In this document: one piece after another, positions 28,190-37,592 of the stretch
Numbering within the stretch: position 1 is the stretch's first letter
How the letters are laid out: each line of letters begins with the position of its first letter
Assembly: GCA_033763315.1 (NCBI GenBank)
Contig: JANRKS010000021.1
Coordinates: 32,001 to 96,000, forward strand
Source of the DNA: Deltaproteobacteria bacterium
GTDB taxonomy: Bacteria; Myxococcota_A; Polyangia; Fen-1088
DNA: 64,000 bases
Direction: 5' to 3'
Position numbers and translations under genes: made by a program
Notes under the pieces: generated by a model
The model's input: the letters and a program-made list of their open reading frames with translations, nothing else
What the model was told of the DNA's origin: nothing
The model's database searches: none

Positions 28190-28195
28190 CGAAAC

Positions 28196-29521
28196 TTAGG
28201 CTCGCAACGGTTGATGCAAAATGAAGCCTGCAGCGTCGTTGACCAAATGCTGCTGGATCTGGGCGAGCTGCCGCTTCTGCGCCTGGAAAAAAGCCCGCGT
28301 TTGCAAATCGCAAGCGCCTGCCGTGCGCACCGCCAATTCAAAAGCCAACACATGCCGCCGTCGCATGGGCCCTGTGGCGAGCGCTTGCCATAAGGCCGCC
28401 GACGAAAGGGCTTGCCCACCAATGTAACGTTCGTTGGCGTCAAAGCGGCCTTCGTTGTTCGACCACCATCGATTCACGCCTTCGACATCAGGCAGGGGCA
28501 GCAAGTCATCAAGCTTCGGAACCAAATCAGCGTTCATGTCATCGAGCTCGAAGGAAAGCGGATCGTTCAACGCCGCGGGTTCGGGCAGCGCCAAATTCTG
28601 TGCGGCAAGCTCAAGCCCCGTGATGGCGCAAAAGCCTTCCGCAGCCAAGCGCGCGTGGGGGGGTGAATGCATCGCTTGCAAACACGCTTGTGCCGCTTCC
28701 TTTGTTCCTAAGAACCCCATCGCCTGCAGAGCCACATTGAAAGTGCGCTCTTGACCAAGCGCAGCCAGCAGCAAGCGCCGCTCACGTTCACCGGCCAACG
28801 ACGCCATCCAAAACAAACTGACCGCGGAAGATTGAGCCACACCCAACTCTAAACAGCGGGCCCACGCCGAGCGCAGCCCGTGAACCAAACCTGACTCAAC
28901 CGCAGCGGAGCAAACCTGGGCGTCGATATCAAATAGACCGCGTTCGATCCAACCACGCGCCACCGACACAGGTTGCAAACGCGCGGCCGCCATGGCCAAG
29001 CGGCGGTGCTCTGCGTGTGGTGAGTTGGCCAACATCGCAACATGCTCTTGCGACGATTGTTGCTTGGCAAACGTGCGCATGCCGACGAGCCAAGGCACAC
29101 CCGGCTCGCCCAAGGTTGCCAAGCGCGCTTGCACCGCTGCGTTCGGCAGCTGCGTTTGCAGCGCTCGCGCAAGCAAAGGCGTGGTTTGCGCGTTGGCCGC
29201 CATTAAGTGAGGCACAAAAGCGTCCCAGCCCCGTGGGTCTGCGGCCAACACATGCGCCGCCACCATGAATGAACCGCTTTGGTGCGGGCGTAGAAGTGCG
29301 GGCAGCAACAGCTCCTCCGCCGCGCGCGGACCACCCAAACGCACGCCGTCGAGCGCACCGTGCAAACGATCTTCGGTCCAAAACCACACCTGCCGGTAAT
29401 TGCGGGCGTGCGTGTCTAGGCTGCTTTCCCACGTGCGCCACAAGAACTCAGCTTCATCAAAGCTTTCGTCCACCACATCCCACAACACGTTTTGTTGATG
29501 CCTTGCCATGGCCGCTCTCAA
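28196..29521 (-). CDS. TIGR02270 family T6SS-associated protein
   Basis: ESFDEAEFLW, EDRLHGALDG, AAEGFCAITGL, LPLPD...WW, GPMRRR; context next to DUF2169. Confidence 0.85.
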   Translation of the reverse strand: MRAAMARHQQNVLWDVVDESFDEAEFLWRTWESSLDTHARNYRQVWFWTEDRLHGALDGVRLGGPRAAEELLLPALLRPHQSGSFMVAAHVLAADPRGWDAFVPHLMAANAQTTPLLARALQTQLPNAAVQARLATLGEPGVPWLVGMRTFAKQQSSQEHVAMLANSPHAEHRRLAMAAARLQPVSVARGWIERGLFDIDAQVCSAAVESGLVHGLRSAWARCLELGVAQSSAVSLFWMASLAGERERRLLLAALGQERTFNVALQAMGFLGTKEAAQACLQAMHSPPHARLAAEGFCAITGLELAAQNLALPEPAALNDPLSFELDDMNADLVPKLDDLLPLPDVEGVNRWWSNNEGRFDANERYIGGQALSSAALWQALATGPMRRRHVLAFELAVRTAGACDLQTRAFFQAQKRQLAQIQQHLVNDAAGFILHQPLRA

Positions 29522-29997
29522 TTGATACGCACTTGGCCGCCTTTGATGCGGTTCGTGCCTTCAGAATTGGATTCGATCTGCGTGCCCTTGATGATCACAC
29601 GGCCATTGGCGCGCAAGGTGATTGAAGCCTTGCCACACGCGATCACCACTTCATGTTCGGCCTGCACGCGCACACGCTGGCCATCAACATCGGCTTCCAC
29701 AAACGGTGAAGCTGTTGAAGCCACTTGCGGCGAGGTGGGGGCCGTCAAGGCCACGCCCACGACGGCGACCAGCTGTGTGCCGGCTTCGTCGGTATAAGCC
29801 ACCACGGGAGCTTTGACGTTCATCACGTGCTCCAATTGTTCGCGTGAGGCTGTGAACCCAAGCGTCGCAGCCACCGGGCGACCACCGCCGTCGTCGAAAT
29901 CGACCCACGCGGTGCCGCGCTCGTCAACGGCCACCAAACGCCCCACCCTCGCCTGCCGTTCCGCTTGTTCACCTGCACGATTGGTTTTCGGTCGCAT
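29518..29997 (-). CDS. DUF6484 domain protein (gp5-like beta tail)
   Basis: CGKASITLRANGRVIIKG...NRIKGGQVRIN; ATGA-type coupling to TIGR02270. Confidence 0.85.
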   Translation of the reverse strand: MRPKTNRAGEQAERQARVGRLVAVDERGTAWVDFDDGGGRPVAATLGFTASREQLEHVMNVKAPVVAYTDEAGTQLVAVVGVALTAPTSPQVASTASPFVEADVDGQRVRVQAEHEVVIACGKASITLRANGRVIIKGTQIESNSEGTNRIKGGQVRIN

Positions 29998-30048
29998 GCG
30001 GGCAGTGTCACCTAGCCGGCGCGCAGAGTCTAGAGGCCGTTGCGGAAG

Positions 30049-31278
30049 CTAGGCCTTTGATGCGCCGGGGGCGGGGTGCGGGGGCTCCATTTTCGGCAGA
30101 AACACCGTTAAAAGTCCCATCGCCGGCAAGAACGCACAAACCTTGTAGACAGTTTCAATGCTGGTGGCGTCCGCCAAGCGCCCAAGCAAGGCCGCGCCGA
30201 TGCCGCCCGCACCGAAGGCAAAACCGAAAAAGAAGCCGGAAACAGTGCCCACGCGCCCTGGCACCAACTCCTGCGCAAACACAACGATGGCGGAGAACGC
30301 CGAGGCCAAGATCAGACCTATCAACACGGTGAGCACCTCGGTCCAGCCAAGGCTCGCGTAGGGCAGCGCCAACGAGAACGGCAACACGCCCAAGATAGAA
30401 ACCCAAATCACCGCCTTGCGGCCGATGCGATCGCCCACGGGCCCGCCAATGAAGGTGCCCGCGGCCACGGCCCCCAACAAGATGAACAGGTGCACCTGCG
30501 CGTTCTGCACCGACACGCCAAAGCGTTGAATCAAGTAGAACGTGTAATAACTGGTGAGGCTGGCCAGATACACGTTCTTCGAGAACACCAGCAACACCAA
30601 CACAACCAACGCCAACTTCACACGCCCGGGCGTGACGTGGCTTGGACGCACCACCAATTTGGCCTTCGCGTGCTGGGTAAGGTGGGACTTATACCAAACA
30701 CCCACGCGGCTTAAGATCGCGATGCCCAACAGAGCCACCACGGCGAACCACGCAATGCTGCTTTGGCCGCGCGGCAACACAAAAAACGCTGCCAACAATG
30801 GCCCCGTGGCAGATCCCACGTTGCCACCCACTTGAAACAGCGATTGCGCAAAGCCATGCCGGCCGCCCGAAGCCAACCGCGCCACGCGCGAAGATTCCGG
30901 GTGAAACACCGACGACCCCATACCCACCAAAGCCACCGCCGCCAACACCACGCCATAGGAGGGCGCCACAGAAAGCAGCAGCAACCCAAGCAACGTGAAG
31001 CTCATGCCGATGGGCAACGAGAATGGCTTGGGGCGTGCGTCTGTAAAGCTGCCAACCACAGGTTGCAGCAACGACGCCGTCAGTTGGTTGGCCAGCGTGA
31101 TGATGCCGATTTGGGTAAAATCCAGACGGTATGTCGTTTTGAGCAACGGATAAACCGCCGGCAGCACCGATTGCATCAGATCGTTGAGGCAATGGCACAC
31201 GCTGATCGCGCCGAGAATGCCTAAGGCTGCGGTGGGCTTAGGTGGTGCAAAGACAGGCGGGGCGGCAACGGTGCTCAT
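30049..31278 (-). CDS. MFS transporter, Fsr (fosmidomycin resistance) family
   Basis: HCLNDLMQS, SLLQPVVG, FHPESSRVAR, AQSLFQVGGN, GDRIGRK. Confidence 0.9.
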   Translation of the reverse strand: MSTVAAPPVFAPPKPTAALGILGAISVCHCLNDLMQSVLPAVYPLLKTTYRLDFTQIGIITLANQLTASLLQPVVGSFTDARPKPFSLPIGMSFTLLGLLLLSVAPSYGVVLAAVALVGMGSSVFHPESSRVARLASGGRHGFAQSLFQVGGNVGSATGPLLAAFFVLPRGQSSIAWFAVVALLGIAILSRVGVWYKSHLTQHAKAKLVVRPSHVTPGRVKLALVVLVLLVFSKNVYLASLTSYYTFYLIQRFGVSVQNAQVHLFILLGAVAAGTFIGGPVGDRIGRKAVIWVSILGVLPFSLALPYASLGWTEVLTVLIGLILASAFSAIVVFAQELVPGRVGTVSGFFFGFAFGAGGIGAALLGRLADATSIETVYKVCAFLPAMGLLTVFLPKMEPPHPAPGASKA

Positions 31279-31314
31279 GGCGGCCCTGGGGTTTAGCCGA
31301 TGTCACCCCTGTTT

Positions 31315-32574
31315 TCACGGCCGATCGGAGGCAGAGACAACCGTTGCCACGGCCTTGGACGATTGGGCCTCCACCAACAGGCCCATGGCCAATTCGTCGG
31401 GCACCAGGACGACCCGTTCCACCCCCAACTCGGTGGCGATGAAGTTCACGAGCGCCGGAAATGCGAGCATTTTGTGACCAAAGGCTTTGCGGCGTTCAGG
31501 CGCGCGTAAGGCGGCAAACAGCGCTTGATCCTTTTGCAAACGCTTACGCCACGCTCGAATCGCGTTTAGGTCGTACGCGCCCATGATGCGGCCGAACAGT
31601 GGCTGCACGCGCGCGCTGGCCGCGGCAACCTGTTCAAGATACGCAGGCTCGTCTGCCACGCGCGGCGGTTTGCCTTTGCTCCACAATTTACCGTCGATGG
31701 CCAAGGCCACGTCGCCGTTTTCGCCCAGCGAAACCAAAGTGCGAGACAACCTACCCGCCGCGCGTTTGAGCTGCTTTTTCCAATCGGGCGGCAGCTCTGC
31801 TTTGAGCGCCGTCACAAACGCCTGCTCACCCGCGGCAAAGTTAGGCACGCTCTCGGCATCGAAGAAACGTTCGCCCACTTCATCGATGCCCAACGGAAGG
31901 CCCACGATGCTCGGCGCAGCCGCGCCCACGGGCCATACCGACACTTGGAAGCTGCGGCTGCCAAAATCCAGCACCACGCGGCCGCGCTGGCCCTTGGTGG
32001 CGGCCAGATAGCCCAAGGCACCTTCTCGCTCTTGCGAGATCGCGTTGAGCGTGACCCCTGACGCGGATGTCACCTGCTTATCAATCTCGGCAAAGTTGGG
32101 AACCTTGCGCGCCCACTCGGTGGCAAACGCGCCGGCCAGCTGGCCCCCATCAGCCACGCACAGCTTCTGGTACAGCGCGATGAGCCCCGCCAACTCGATG
32201 CGATGCTCTTCCTTCAAAGGCTGCGGCTCATGCGTGTTTGGGTTTTGCGTCTTTTCACCAAGCTGCAGCCTGGCGCGGCACGTGCGCACCGGGTGAAGAC
32301 CGCGCGGATCAGCGCCGGGTGATTCGGCCACAAGCAACTTCACGTTGCGGCTGCCCACGTCAATCACACACGCACGCACCCCGGAGGGAACCCGCGGCAA
32401 ATCCACTCCAACGCCGGGTCGGCATGAGGGCTCAACGGGTTTGACCACCACCACGGGAGGGGGCGTCACGGCGGGCGGCAAGGGTTTTGGTTGCGGTGCC
32501 GTACGGCAGGCAGGCATCCAGAGGCACAAAGGCAGCGCGACCCCAACCCAACAACGCGCAAAAACCATCGTCAT
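31315..32574 (-). CDS. Ppx/GppA-like ASKHA-fold lipoprotein
   Basis: IDVGSRNVK, ATEWAR, ISQEREG, LDFGSRSFQ, PLG; N-terminal signal ending MPAC. Confidence 0.7.
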   Translation of the reverse strand: MTMVFARCWVGVALPLCLWMPACRTAPQPKPLPPAVTPPPVVVVKPVEPSCRPGVGVDLPRVPSGVRACVIDVGSRNVKLLVAESPGADPRGLHPVRTCRARLQLGEKTQNPNTHEPQPLKEEHRIELAGLIALYQKLCVADGGQLAGAFATEWARKVPNFAEIDKQVTSASGVTLNAISQEREGALGYLAATKGQRGRVVLDFGSRSFQVSVWPVGAAAPSIVGLPLGIDEVGERFFDAESVPNFAAGEQAFVTALKAELPPDWKKQLKRAAGRLSRTLVSLGENGDVALAIDGKLWSKGKPPRVADEPAYLEQVAAASARVQPLFGRIMGAYDLNAIRAWRKRLQKDQALFAALRAPERRKAFGHKMLAFPALVNFIATELGVERVVLVPDELAMGLLVEAQSSKAVATVVSASDRP

Positions 32575-32625
32575 ATATAGCCGCGGTAAACTAACACGCG
32601 CCGAATCGCTTATACTAGAGGCCTC

Positions 32626-33309
32626 ATGGTTAACTTCGTACGTGGCTTATCGGTTGTTGTTGTGAGCCTGGGTGTCGCGGCGGCCTTCGTGGCCTGCGAT
32701 GACGACGACGGCAAGGGCACGAAAACCACAGGTGCGGATGCGGCGGCAGACGCAGCACCGGATGCCCCGCCCGACGCTGGTTTTGGCGGCACGTTTTCAA
32801 CCAACGTCACACCAAGCAAGCCGCTGAACCAATTAACACCTCAAGAGGCACAGAAGGTGTGCGAAGCCACGACCACGTATGTTGGCAAGGGTCTGCAGGA
32901 CGCCACCTTCACAGACCTTGTATGCCGCATTGCCGGTTTGGTGTCGGTGCTGAATGTGCCCGACGCCGAGGTGCAAGCCACGTGCACCAAGGCCTACAAC
33001 GCGTGCAAGGCCGCCCCCGCCCCGATGGAGCTGCCGACGGGTGCGTGTGGTGAAACACAGACCACACAGTGCACCGCCACCGTTGCCGAATACGAAGCGT
33101 GCGTCAATGAGTTGCCAAGCGATCTGAAGGCCATCAACGCCGTTGTGGCTTCCTGTGATCGAGCCACGAAGAACTCCGTTGTGGCCCTTGTGGCGATTCC
33201 AAGCTTACTTGGCCCGGCCTGCACAGCTTTGAACAAGAAGTGCCCCAGCGAGTTTAACGGGCTCACCAACCTGGGCGGCATGTTGCCCGGCGGCTTTGGC
33301 GGGCGCTGA
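32626..33309 (+). CDS. Cys-rich lipoprotein
   Basis: Lipobox FVAC, acidic linker, CTATVAEYEAC. Confidence 0.75.
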   Translation: MVNFVRGLSVVVVSLGVAAAFVACDDDDGKGTKTTGADAAADAAPDAPPDAGFGGTFSTNVTPSKPLNQLTPQEAQKVCEATTTYVGKGLQDATFTDLVCRIAGLVSVLNVPDAEVQATCTKAYNACKAAPAPMELPTGACGETQTTQCTATVAEYEACVNELPSDLKAINAVVASCDRATKNSVVALVAIPSLLGPACTALNKKCPSEFNGLTNLGGMLPGGFGGR

Positions 33310-33314
33310 AGCGT

Positions 33315-35168
33315 TCACAGCGGGTGCTGCTTCATCAAGGCGATCAGATCGCTGCCGAAACGTTCGATGCGTGACGGCCCCAGGCCGGGGATGCGCGCCA
33401 ACGCTTGCAGCGTTGTGGGCCGCTGCTGTTCAAGGGCGGCTATCACCCGCTGTTGAAACACCATATAAGGCTTCCACTTGAGCTGGCGCGCCATGCGGCG
33501 TCGGTAGTTCTCAAGCACGCGCACACAGTCGTTGTATTTAGGAAATCGGCCCCGCGGCTTCGCTGTGCGAGGCGCGCCATCTGGCGGGGGCGCTGGTGCG
33601 CGAACCGCCCGCCCTGGCAGCCACACAGTGGGGTACTTGACGCCCTTTTTCGCCAACACGCCTTGCTCAAGCAACGCCTCAATGGCCGCCACGATGGACC
33701 GCTCTTCGTATTGCTTGAGCCTCCCGTGTTCGGGCAACTGCAACAGCGACAAGCGCGCCAACGGCCGCGCGCGGCTGCCACGCAGCGCGCGCGCCAAATT
33801 GGTTTTGCCCACGGGTTTGCGCAAATTTCCCACCGCATCGACAATCACCTGACGTAGTTCGTCCGGCAAAGGAGGGGCCGCCTCGCGCGTGATCGCTGTG
33901 AAAGTGCGGCTGGGCGCGGACGCCTGCACGGTGCCGAGACAAACGTCACAGCGGCCACAATCGGGCTGTTCAAAGCTGCCTGTAAAATGCGCGCACAACA
34001 CGGTTTGACGGCACGCTTGCCCACGCGCGTAGCTTTCAACTTGCGCCAACGCCTCTTCGCCCAGCAGGCCACCGCCGCCTTCCATCAAACGCCGCTGCGT
34101 CATCAAGTCTGCGGGGCCAAAGAACATCACACACGTGGCCGGCTCGCCATCGCGCCCCGCCCGGCCGGCTTCTTGGTAATAGGCCTCCAAACTTCCGGGC
34201 GCTTGAAAGTGCACAATCAAACGCACATCAGGGTAATCGATGCCCATACCGAAGGCGTTGGTGGCCACAAGCACACGCGTGCGGCCAACGCCGAACGCCG
34301 TTTGAGCGCGGTGCCGTGCCAGCTTCGTGCGGCCCGCATGATAATGCCCACACGAAAAGCCGGCGGCTTTGATGGCTTTGCTGACCGTCTCCGCCTTCTT
34401 GCGGGTGCTGCAGTAAACGATGGTGCGGCCTTTGCCCATATGCGCTTGCACCAACGCCACCAACGATTCAACACGCGCCGCATCGGTGCGCACGTGTTCC
34501 ACAGAGAAAGACAGGTTCGGGCGATCGAAGTTGCCGCGCACGACGAGCGGCTTCGTCATCGATAGCTGCGCGACGATTTCATCCATCACACGTGCGGTGG
34601 CGGTGGCGGTCAACGCAATGACGGGCGATTGCACCACCTGCCGAAGCTCACCGATGCGCAGATACTCAGGCCGAAAATCGTGCCCCCACTGGCTCAGGCA
34701 ATGCGCTTCATCAATGGCAAGCAATGCGATTGGCACACGTGTGAGCCAACGGCGAAAGCCGTCCAAAGCCGCACGCTCCGGCGAAACGTAAAGCAGATCC
34801 AACTCGCCACGCAAAAACCGCGACGCCACGTCTTTGCGTTGATCGTCGTCTTGATGGCTGTTCAGTGCGGCAGCCGCAACGCCCAACGCTTGCAAACTGG
34901 CCACCTGATCTTGCATCAATGCGATAAGCGGCGAGATCACGATCGTGGTGCCTTTACCCTGCTGGCGCAACACCATCGCCGGCACCTGGTAGCACAACGA
35001 TTTGCCACCACCTGTGGGCAACAAGACGGCCACGTCGCGGCCTTGCAGCACCGCTTGCACAGCGTCTTGCTGCCCGGGACGAAAGCCAGGAAGGCCAAAA
35101 ACGGAGCGCAGAATCGTGTGGGCGGCGGTGGGTGGGCTGGGGTGCAACGGAGCCAAGGTGCTCCGCAT
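33315..35168 (-). CDS. recQ: ATP-dependent DNA helicase RecQ with RQC and HRDC domains
   Basis: PTGGGKSLCYQ, DEAHC..QWGHDFRP, QEAGRAGRDG, CGRCDVC, C-terminal IPGLG HRDC. Confidence 0.93.
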   Translation of the reverse strand: MRSTLAPLHPSPPTAAHTILRSVFGLPGFRPGQQDAVQAVLQGRDVAVLLPTGGGKSLCYQVPAMVLRQQGKGTTIVISPLIALMQDQVASLQALGVAAAALNSHQDDDQRKDVASRFLRGELDLLYVSPERAALDGFRRWLTRVPIALLAIDEAHCLSQWGHDFRPEYLRIGELRQVVQSPVIALTATATARVMDEIVAQLSMTKPLVVRGNFDRPNLSFSVEHVRTDAARVESLVALVQAHMGKGRTIVYCSTRKKAETVSKAIKAAGFSCGHYHAGRTKLARHRAQTAFGVGRTRVLVATNAFGMGIDYPDVRLIVHFQAPGSLEAYYQEAGRAGRDGEPATCVMFFGPADLMTQRRLMEGGGGLLGEEALAQVESYARGQACRQTVLCAHFTGSFEQPDCGRCDVCLGTVQASAPSRTFTAITREAAPPLPDELRQVIVDAVGNLRKPVGKTNLARALRGSRARPLARLSLLQLPEHGRLKQYEERSIVAAIEALLEQGVLAKKGVKYPTVWLPGRAVRAPAPPPDGAPRTAKPRGRFPKYNDCVRVLENYRRRMARQLKWKPYMVFQQRVIAALEQQRPTTLQALARIPGLGPSRIERFGSDLIALMKQHPL

Positions 35169-35229
35169 TTTAGGCAGAATTGCCAACGAATGCAGGAAAA
35201 CCCACAAGCAAGACTACAATAAGAGGGCC

Positions 35230-36183
35230 TTGCGGTTTCGCTTGCCCTGCCTCATCGCCTGTTTGTTGACGGCCCTTGCGGCGTGTGGCCGCGTGGGCTT
35301 CGAGACTGTGGTCCAGCACGGTGTTGATGCGGGACTCGACGCAGGCAGCTTTGGTGGCGTGGACGGTGGTATCTCGACGGGTGGAGGGGCGGCACAAGGC
35401 GGCAGTGGCGATGTGGTGGACGCCAACGAGAACGACAGCGGCGCGATGGGTTCTCCCGACGCGCCCGCCTTTGTGGATGGCCCCGCCGCGCAAGATGCAA
35501 ATCCCAAGTTGGATGCGGCCGTCAAGTTAGATGCAGCGGTGAAACTCGATGCCAACGCCCCGCCCGGATTGCCCGATTGCGTGCAAGTGCAAAAGGACTG
35601 GCGCACCAGCTTTGACAGCGATCCGACCAAAGCTGATCTCAACAAGGATGGAATCAAAGACTGGTCGGCCGCGCGCGGTTCGTTCGCTGCGAGCCAGATC
35701 AAAGACGGCCAATGGCAGCCTTCGGCCGAGGTCGCGCTCTTGGACACAGCGCCACTTTCGAATTTCTCAACGCGAACCCTGTTGTCTGTGAATATGCAAC
35801 ACGTGGCGTTTCTTTACCCGCAAACGAACGGTCTGGGTGGCGCCTTGGCTTGGATGAACCTCGACAATGAAACCAGCAACGGCATTGCTGTGTATGTGCG
35901 CTTGGTGCGCGTCAGCCCGACGCAGCAAACGCTCTACCTATCGGCAAATGGAACCAACGCGCCGCTGGCCACCTTTGACCTTGATGGCGGGATGCAGGAA
36001 ATGACGTTAGAGGCCAATCCGCGAACGTCGAAGGCGCGGCTTTGGGTAGGGAACACGTACAAGGGCGAGTGGACTTTGCCCCGCATCGGGTATGGTCCAA
36101 ACAGTGACGCCTACGCCACGTTCGGCACGTTCTTTGGCTCTGCGGTGATTGACGACGCCTATATCGAACAATGCGCCCCATAA
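35230..36183 (+). CDS. Myxobacterial lipoprotein (CGRVGF start) with beta-rich C-terminal domain
   Basis: TTG 35230, lipobox [13 protein letters not shown]-rich linker. Confidence 0.7.
   Translation: MRFRLPCLIACLLTALAACGRVGFETVVQHGVDAGLDAGSFGGVDGGISTGGGAAQGGSGDVVDANENDSGAMGSPDAPAFVDGPAAQDANPKLDAAVKLDAAVKLDANAPPGLPDCVQVQKDWRTSFDSDPTKADLNKDGIKDWSAARGSFAASQIKDGQWQPSAEVALLDTAPLSNFSTRTLLSVNMQHVAFLYPQTNGLGGALAWMNLDNETSNGIAVYVRLVRVSPTQQTLYLSANGTNAPLATFDLDGGMQEMTLEANPRTSKARLWVGNTYKGEWTLPRIGYGPNSDAYATFGTFFGSAVIDDAYIEQCAP
35506..35556 (+). repeat. 18-bp coding tandem repeat (KLDAAV x2 + KLDAN)
   Basis: aagttggatgcggccgtc / aagttagatgcagcggtg / aaactcgatgccaac. Confidence 0.7.
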
Positions 36184-36232
36184 AACCCTAAGTTCCTGTT
36201 GCGTTTCGCAGGAAACTGTGGGAGCCAAGCGT

Positions 36233-37555
36233 GTGTCTTTTGCGAACTTAGATCTGATATCTCCTCTTCTTAAAGCTGTTGATGACGCGGGGTATTCAAA
36301 CCCCACCCCGATTCAAGCCCAAGCGATCCCCCCCGCCCTCAAGGGCCAGGACGTTCTTGGCTGCGCCCAGACGGGCACCGGCAAAACCGCAGCGTTTGTG
36401 CTGCCCATTCTCCAACGAATTGACGCAGTGGCTGGCGATGCCCCGAAGATGCGTGCGTTGGTGTTGACCCCCACGCGGGAACTCGCCGCACAAATCGGCG
36501 ACAGCTTGGCCACCTACGGCAAGCACCTCGACCTTTATCACAGCGTGATCTTCGGCGGCGTCAGCGAAAAGGCGCAGATCGAAGAACTGCGCAAAGGCGT
36601 GGACATTCTTGTGGCAACGCCAGGCCGCTTGCTTGATCTGATGCAACGCAAGTTCGTGCGCCTATCCGATCTTGAGGTATTCGTCTTGGATGAAGCCGAT
36701 CGCATGCTGGACATGGGCTTTTTGCCCGACGTTCGCCGCATCATCGCGGCGTTGCCAAAGAAACGGCAAACGCTGTTCTTCTCGGCGACGATGCCACCTG
36801 AAATTGGACGTTTGGCCGCTGGCCTCTTGACCGATCCCGCGCAGGTCACGGTAACGCCCGTGTCTTCAACGGTTGAAACCGTGGGGCAGAAGGTGTTGTT
36901 CACCGACAAGCCAAACAAAACGCGTCTGTTGATTCACTTGTTGAACGATCCCTTGTTCAAACGCACGATCGTTTTTAGCCGCACAAAACATGGCGCCAAC
37001 CGCGTGGTGGGTTTCCTTGAAAAGGCGGGCATCAAGGCGGCTGCCATTCACGGCAACAAATCGCAGGGCGCGCGCACGCGTGCGCTTGAAGGTTTCCGCG
37101 CCGGCAGCATCTCCGTCTTGGTGGCCACCGACATCGCCGCGCGTGGCATCGATGTGGATGGCGTCTCGCACGTGGTGAATTTCGACATTCCAAATGAGCC
37201 CGAGACGTACGTTCACCGGATTGGCCGCACGGGCCGCGCCGGCGCTTCGGGCCAAGCGGTTTCATTGTGCGATGGCGAAGAGCGCGCGTTTCTGCGCGAC
37301 ATCGAACGCCTCATCAAGCTGAAGATCCCCGTGCATGAAGCGCATCCTTACCCGCCCAACACGCCCGCTCCGGCCGATGGCGATCTGGATCGCGATCGAG
37401 AGCCACGGCCACCTCGAGGGCCGGGCGGCGGACGCGGCGGACGGCCAGGCGGCTCACGCCACTCTCATGATCGGCCCCGCTCGCACGGACCGCGAACGTC
37501 ATCAGGTGGTCGCAGTGGCGCCAGCGGGCGTCCCGGCGGCGGCCCACGTCCTTAG
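36233..37555 (+). CDS. DEAD-box RNA helicase (RhlE-like)
   Basis: [38 protein letters not shown]-rich tail. GTG 36233. Confidence 0.95.
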   Translation: MSFANLDLISPLLKAVDDAGYSNPTPIQAQAIPPALKGQDVLGCAQTGTGKTAAFVLPILQRIDAVAGDAPKMRALVLTPTRELAAQIGDSLATYGKHLDLYHSVIFGGVSEKAQIEELRKGVDILVATPGRLLDLMQRKFVRLSDLEVFVLDEADRMLDMGFLPDVRRIIAALPKKRQTLFFSATMPPEIGRLAAGLLTDPAQVTVTPVSSTVETVGQKVLFTDKPNKTRLLIHLLNDPLFKRTIVFSRTKHGANRVVGFLEKAGIKAAAIHGNKSQGARTRALEGFRAGSISVLVATDIAARGIDVDGVSHVVNFDIPNEPETYVHRIGRTGRAGASGQAVSLCDGEERAFLRDIERLIKLKIPVHEAHPYPPNTPAPADGDLDRDREPRPPRGPGGGRGGRPGGSRHSHDRPRSHGPRTSSGGRSGASGRPGGGPRP

Positions 37556-37592
37556 CGCCACACCACAGCGGTTGATGTAGTATCCGACCGCT

